The position numbers and the translations under genes are program-made. The notes under the pieces are model-generated. The model saw only the letters and a program-made list of their open reading frames with translations, had not been told where the DNA came from and did not search any database. From NCBI GenBank assembly GCA_013265495.1, contig MU058017.1:505919-569918 (forward strand): DNA of 64,000 nucleotides, given 5' to 3'. Shown here in pieces: positions 59,476 through 64,000 of this stretch. Within the stretch, counting starts at the first letter, position 1; every line of letters begins with the position of its first letter. The DNA comes from Vicugna vicugna. Taxonomy: Eukaryota.

Positions 59476-62400
59476 TGCAAGTCATTGGGGGTCATGGGCG
59501 ATCTACTTGTAACTTTTCTCCCTCTGGGGCCCTAAAGCTTCTCTTATTGCTTCGGATTCTTAAATACACATCCTGAAATTCTTATTTTTAAACGTTTGTA
59601 AATACATTTTTGTTACATTTGTTTTTTTGGTTCTTGGGGGTGGAGGGGAGGCAAAGGCAGGAGAGGGAAGCCAGAAGTCTTTTTCTTTCTTTTTTTTCCC
59701 CTTTTTTTGGAGACATCTCTGGGGGTGATTTAGACTTCAGACCTTCTCTTTCCTCTTTGTAAAGAGTAGGGGTCCTCAGAGGATAGTATTTTATTTCCTG
59801 ATGATGTAACTACCAAACAATTCTTCAAGTGATGATGGGAAGGCCAGATGAAATCTTGTTTTTTTCAGTTTTCCCTGAAAGATCCTTCTCGTTCCTCATT
59901 TCTACATGCCTGTGTTTTAAGGAAAGTAGTTACAACTAATCAGTTTATTTGGCAAGGAAGATATTTATTAAAGAAATTAAATGTTTTGTGTTGTACTTTC
60001 AAAACAAAGTATAAACGCAGAACTTTAGAATCAGCTTTTTTACCCATTTGTTCTCTTCTACCAGCACACAAAATAAAACAAAAAAGACATGAGAAGAAAA
60101 AAAAAACTGACCAAATTATGTCTGAATTAAGCCTGTTACCCTTTACTATGGGGCAGATTTACTTGTATAAATCTTTTTTTCTGGTAAGTGAAAATTAGCC
60201 TCCTAATTACTTTGCACATCAGTAAGAGAAGTAATCTCTAAAGTCCTAGCCAACTATGTGAATCTGCTAAGTAAATTAGAGACATGGCTGCCTCATTTGT
60301 GAGCTTCAAATGAATTGAGTAGTTTAAATAACTTGAGTCTATTTAATTTCTTAAATTACATTAAAATAGGATTGCTTCCTAGTATGATGTACATATGTCT
60401 ATAGAATTATTGTTTCCATATGTGTTGTCAAGCAGGAATAATGCAAATAGTCTTCTTGTTTCTTTTCTTTAGTGTGGAGTGGAGAAAGTCTGGTTGCAGA
60501 GAATTTGTAGTTAGTGAAAATGATGTGGAGAAAAGATGCAGGGCACAAAAATAAACATGTATCATCTTTAATAAACTGTGTGCTCACTTTGACACTTCTT
60601 CTAGATGACTCTACCTGTCTACTGAGAAGCCTGTTAAACTAGCCCCTGCTCTTTATATATACTGTTTTAAGGGAAGTGAATGACCATACCCTTCAGCTGA
60701 ACTTAAATTTTATTATTTGATTTGTTAATATTTGTATTAACATTTTAGATGTTGGTTTATTAATTTTAAGGGGAACTCTACCTTATTCTTGTGACGTATA
60801 TTTGAAACTTTTCTAGTCTCCTATGTTTGTCTTGTACTTTTAAATATCCTATGAGATTTTTATGCTAGATCTGATTTATTACAAATGAGATAAGATGGCT
60901 GATAGGAAAGCTGCATGAAGCATAAACACCTGAATCTCAGCTCCAAACTGGTAACTTAAAGCACCTTTACCCAAAGCTAGCATTTTTAATTTGTTCTACC
61001 TCCTTTTCCGTCTAATGGATACAGAGGCTTCCTAACATTTGGCACTGCTTTTTCTTTCTTTCTTCCATTTTTTGTACTCATGAATGCTTTACATTTATTT
61101 TCATGCTTTTGACTTCCCAGTTTCCCTGTAAAATAGATCAGTATTATTTCCTCCTTTTCTTTAGTTGAAGTAACTGAAGACTAGAGAAGTTGAGTGGATG
61201 TAAGACTTGTCTAGGATTTTTGATGCAAAAGTAAAAAAGATTAGGACTCCTGCTCTTGTGTTCTTTGCCTATGCTGTGTTACTCCCCAAAGCACTGGTCT
61301 GTGACTCAGCTATGACTCAGTGCTCCAAGGTCATGGTATGTAACCAGTCTCTTTAGGAACCAATGATAAATCTCATTTGTTGAGGTTCTAGTTCATAGCC
61401 GTCACTGTGCCTAGTGCTGTACATGCTTCCATCATTTAATCTGCACAACACATTTTGAGGTGGTATTACCCATACTTTTCAGATGACAAAACACATTTGG
61501 AAGGGTAAAATTGCTTGAACAAGGTCATACTGCTAATGAGGTAATGAAAGCAGGGATTTGAACTGGTGTTTATATATACAGCCGTAGTCATCTTCTCGTA
61601 ATGATTTGCTCAGAATCTCGCAGAGGAGTTGTTAGTAAAAAAAAAAGTTTTCTGATTTAATTGAGAAGTTTGTATCTTTATTTTCCAGATTGAATATTGA
61701 ACTAGGAAAACCAAGACTTACCCTCTTCATAGGCTGCACGTCAGAGCCACCCCGATTGTGCACTGAATAACTCTAGGGAGTGTCGTTTACATTGAAGACA
61801 TTGTGGATTTGTATATTTACTAAGACAGTTTTCTTGAGGATGTTGGCAACATGTCTTATTCTAACAAAGTTAGAATATTTTAACAGTTTTCTGACAGATG
61901 AAAGTCAAGGGTCTTGAAGAAGGGGACTCTTTATTAAGAAGGGAAATCTTTTTCTCAGTGACACAAGGGTACCCTGGGTCTTGTATCGCAAACTCAGCCA
62001 GCCATTGGCATTGTGCCCCATTGGCCACGTGAATTAATGAGTAGACTTTTATTTCCTTCCCTCTTCCTACCAATATTCTCTTTGCTTTGTAATTTTTGTT
62101 CCCTTAGCTTCTGACATATACTTATTATAAAAAGAACAGAATTATGACCATTGTGCCTCAATCTTGATGAGAAAATTTGATTTCCTCTTTTATTGAAAAT
62201 TTTACTGTTCAATTGCTATATGATTTTTCTCATTTTATAATCAGGAATTTCTTACAAATAAGGATACCTACAAGTTAAAGTCCTTTCTGCAGCTAGTAAT
62301 CTGAATTTATGATCTAATTCAGCAGTAGCTTTGTCATTTAGAAATGATCTACCAAGCCAATTGCTTTCTAATGTGGAAGAAGCGTTTGTAAGCAACAAGG

Positions 62401-64000
62401 CTGGAAAGTAGGATGTATTGATTTGATTGAACTGTATAAAGTCACTTTTGTTAAATGGTCAAAAACAGTTGAATATTAGCAGTTTCCCATGGTTCAGACT
62501 AATGCCAGAAGGTTATTACAATGGCCCAAGCAACTGGTGTTACTAGTAATGTCCACAGTGTCATCATTATTTAACTGTTTTAAAATGTCATTAACATGTT
62601 ACTAAAAATATCAGAGCCAGTTTCTCTTTATGAAGTGACTGCTCTTATTTTCTTTCTTGTCCTATCTCCCTGCTTTTGTTTCTTCTTGTGACTGGTGAAG
62701 TCTTTTAGCCATCTAAATTTAAGTGCCAGAGAAGCAGTATTCATAATGAACTGAACCTTTCCTGCAGCTGCCCACAGTTTTCACTGTTGGTTCTTTCATT
62801 AGGTAAGGGGTGATGTGCACTGCTCTCTACTACAGGCTGTCATCTGAAAAGTATGGGTAATACCACCTGTGGGATGGTAACACTCTTTGAATGTGGTAGG
62901 TTTGCCTCTGTAAAAGAAAATATGTGGAAACACTATAACATGCAAAGAAAAGCAATAATTCTTATTGTAGGCATGGTCCTGTATGAGAAGCTGAACAGAG
63001 TGGGTATAGATCCCGGGTGGCAGGGGAAGAGGCAGAATGCTGTGGTTTTGCATTGCATCAGGCTGCAGTTGGATTGGCCAGAGAGTGAGCCTTTGGTGCT
63101 AAGGCATTCTGCCTCAGACATTCTAACACCTCATCGGCAGAATTCTGGGAAAATGACTGCCTCTGAGCATTGGGCAAGCCTGCCATGGATGTGATGCTGA
63201 TCTCTTTGCTGCCACACAGTTTGGGAGGAAGACTGAAGGGACTGAGCACCACAGGTGGGCAACTGTGGGATGTGGAGCAAAAAGGATAGTCTGAGGGTAA
63301 AAGCACCTCCTCTCCATGCCAAGGACAGTCAGTTTTCCAACCAACCTCTTCCTTTTACTCTTCTTTTTATTTCCCAAGTGGTATCTGCCTAGCTCTGTAC
63401 ACATAAATGCCTGTGCACTGAGATATGCACTGAGAACTTCACACCAGCAGTTAATGGGCTGCAGTGAACTTGAATTTACATATGGATCCTTATCTACAGC
63501 CCAAATCTTCTGCCCAGGCCTCCATAGTCCTTGAAGTTTCCAAAGGCTCTTCAGTTATTCCTATTCATACTTCCTCTGACTTTGATTTTAGAAAGGGACC
63601 AATACCCTTGAGAGTTATCTTGGGCTGATTACAGCAACAGTGTTAGTGGTGATATTAGGGAATGGAAACCCCTTTATTAACATTAAAGCGAATGATATTT
63701 TGTGACTTTAAAGTTAATTTAAAAATAGTTCAGTGCCCATATCATAATTTGGAAAACGCAGGAAAGTCAAAAAGACATTTTACAGCTAGTCCTACCACAT
63801 AAGTACTGACAACTATTAACAATTCCATGTACTGTATTTCCTTTTAGTCTTTTCTAAGCATTTGTAGAGCACGATTGCATTCATACTGTGGTTCATATGT
63901 GTATATTGTGTTTTTACCTTTATTATATATATTTTATGTTCTTGGCTTTTCTGTAGACGTTGGGTCATTTAAGAGCATATGTTTGCATATTTTCTCTAGA

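Noticed and set aside
58984..59495. ORFs across the second CpG island
   Set aside because: Low-complexity A/R/G/P translations typical of CpG islands, with no recognisable product.
62799..63534. Cluster of 60-113 aa ORFs near the window end as possible CMSS1/FILIP1L exons
   Set aside because: No resemblance to either protein and no convincing splice-site pairs.
1..64000. Prokaryotic-type systems (CRISPR, operons, defence islands)
   Set aside because: The sequence is CpG-depleted mammalian intronic DNA with spliced genes and mammalian repeats.

Overview
Mammalian genomic DNA, probably camelid: it carries a tRNA-Ala-derived Vic-1-like SINE and cetartiodactyl-type L1 tails. The window covers the CMSS1/FILIP1L nested antisense locus. 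On the + strand are the CpG-island promoter and 64-nt coding first exon of CMSS1 (5655-5718), followed by more than 58 kb of CMSS1 intron 1. On the - strand, inside that intron, is the 3' part of FILIP1L: an internal CpG-island promoter and first exon (~59.1-59.5 kb, with CArG and CRE sites), the 2.8-kb coiled-coil coding exon (34567-31771) and a poly(A) signal at ~31.23 kb. The main finding is a set of alternative FILIP1L C-termini. A phase-0 donor near the end of the big exon can splice to a 63-codon terminal exon at 15865-15674 that the ORF track misses. That exon encodes a basic SxIP-type (TRIP) EB-binding motif and a FILIP1-like GGKR end. A second downstream exon remnant at 19108-19082 has AC in place of the acceptor AG. 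The rest is ordinary intronic sequence with MIR, L2, L1, MLT1 and DNA-transposon fossils. There are no prokaryotic features such as CRISPR arrays or operons. Repeat subfamily names and comparisons with human proteins are from memory and need confirmation.
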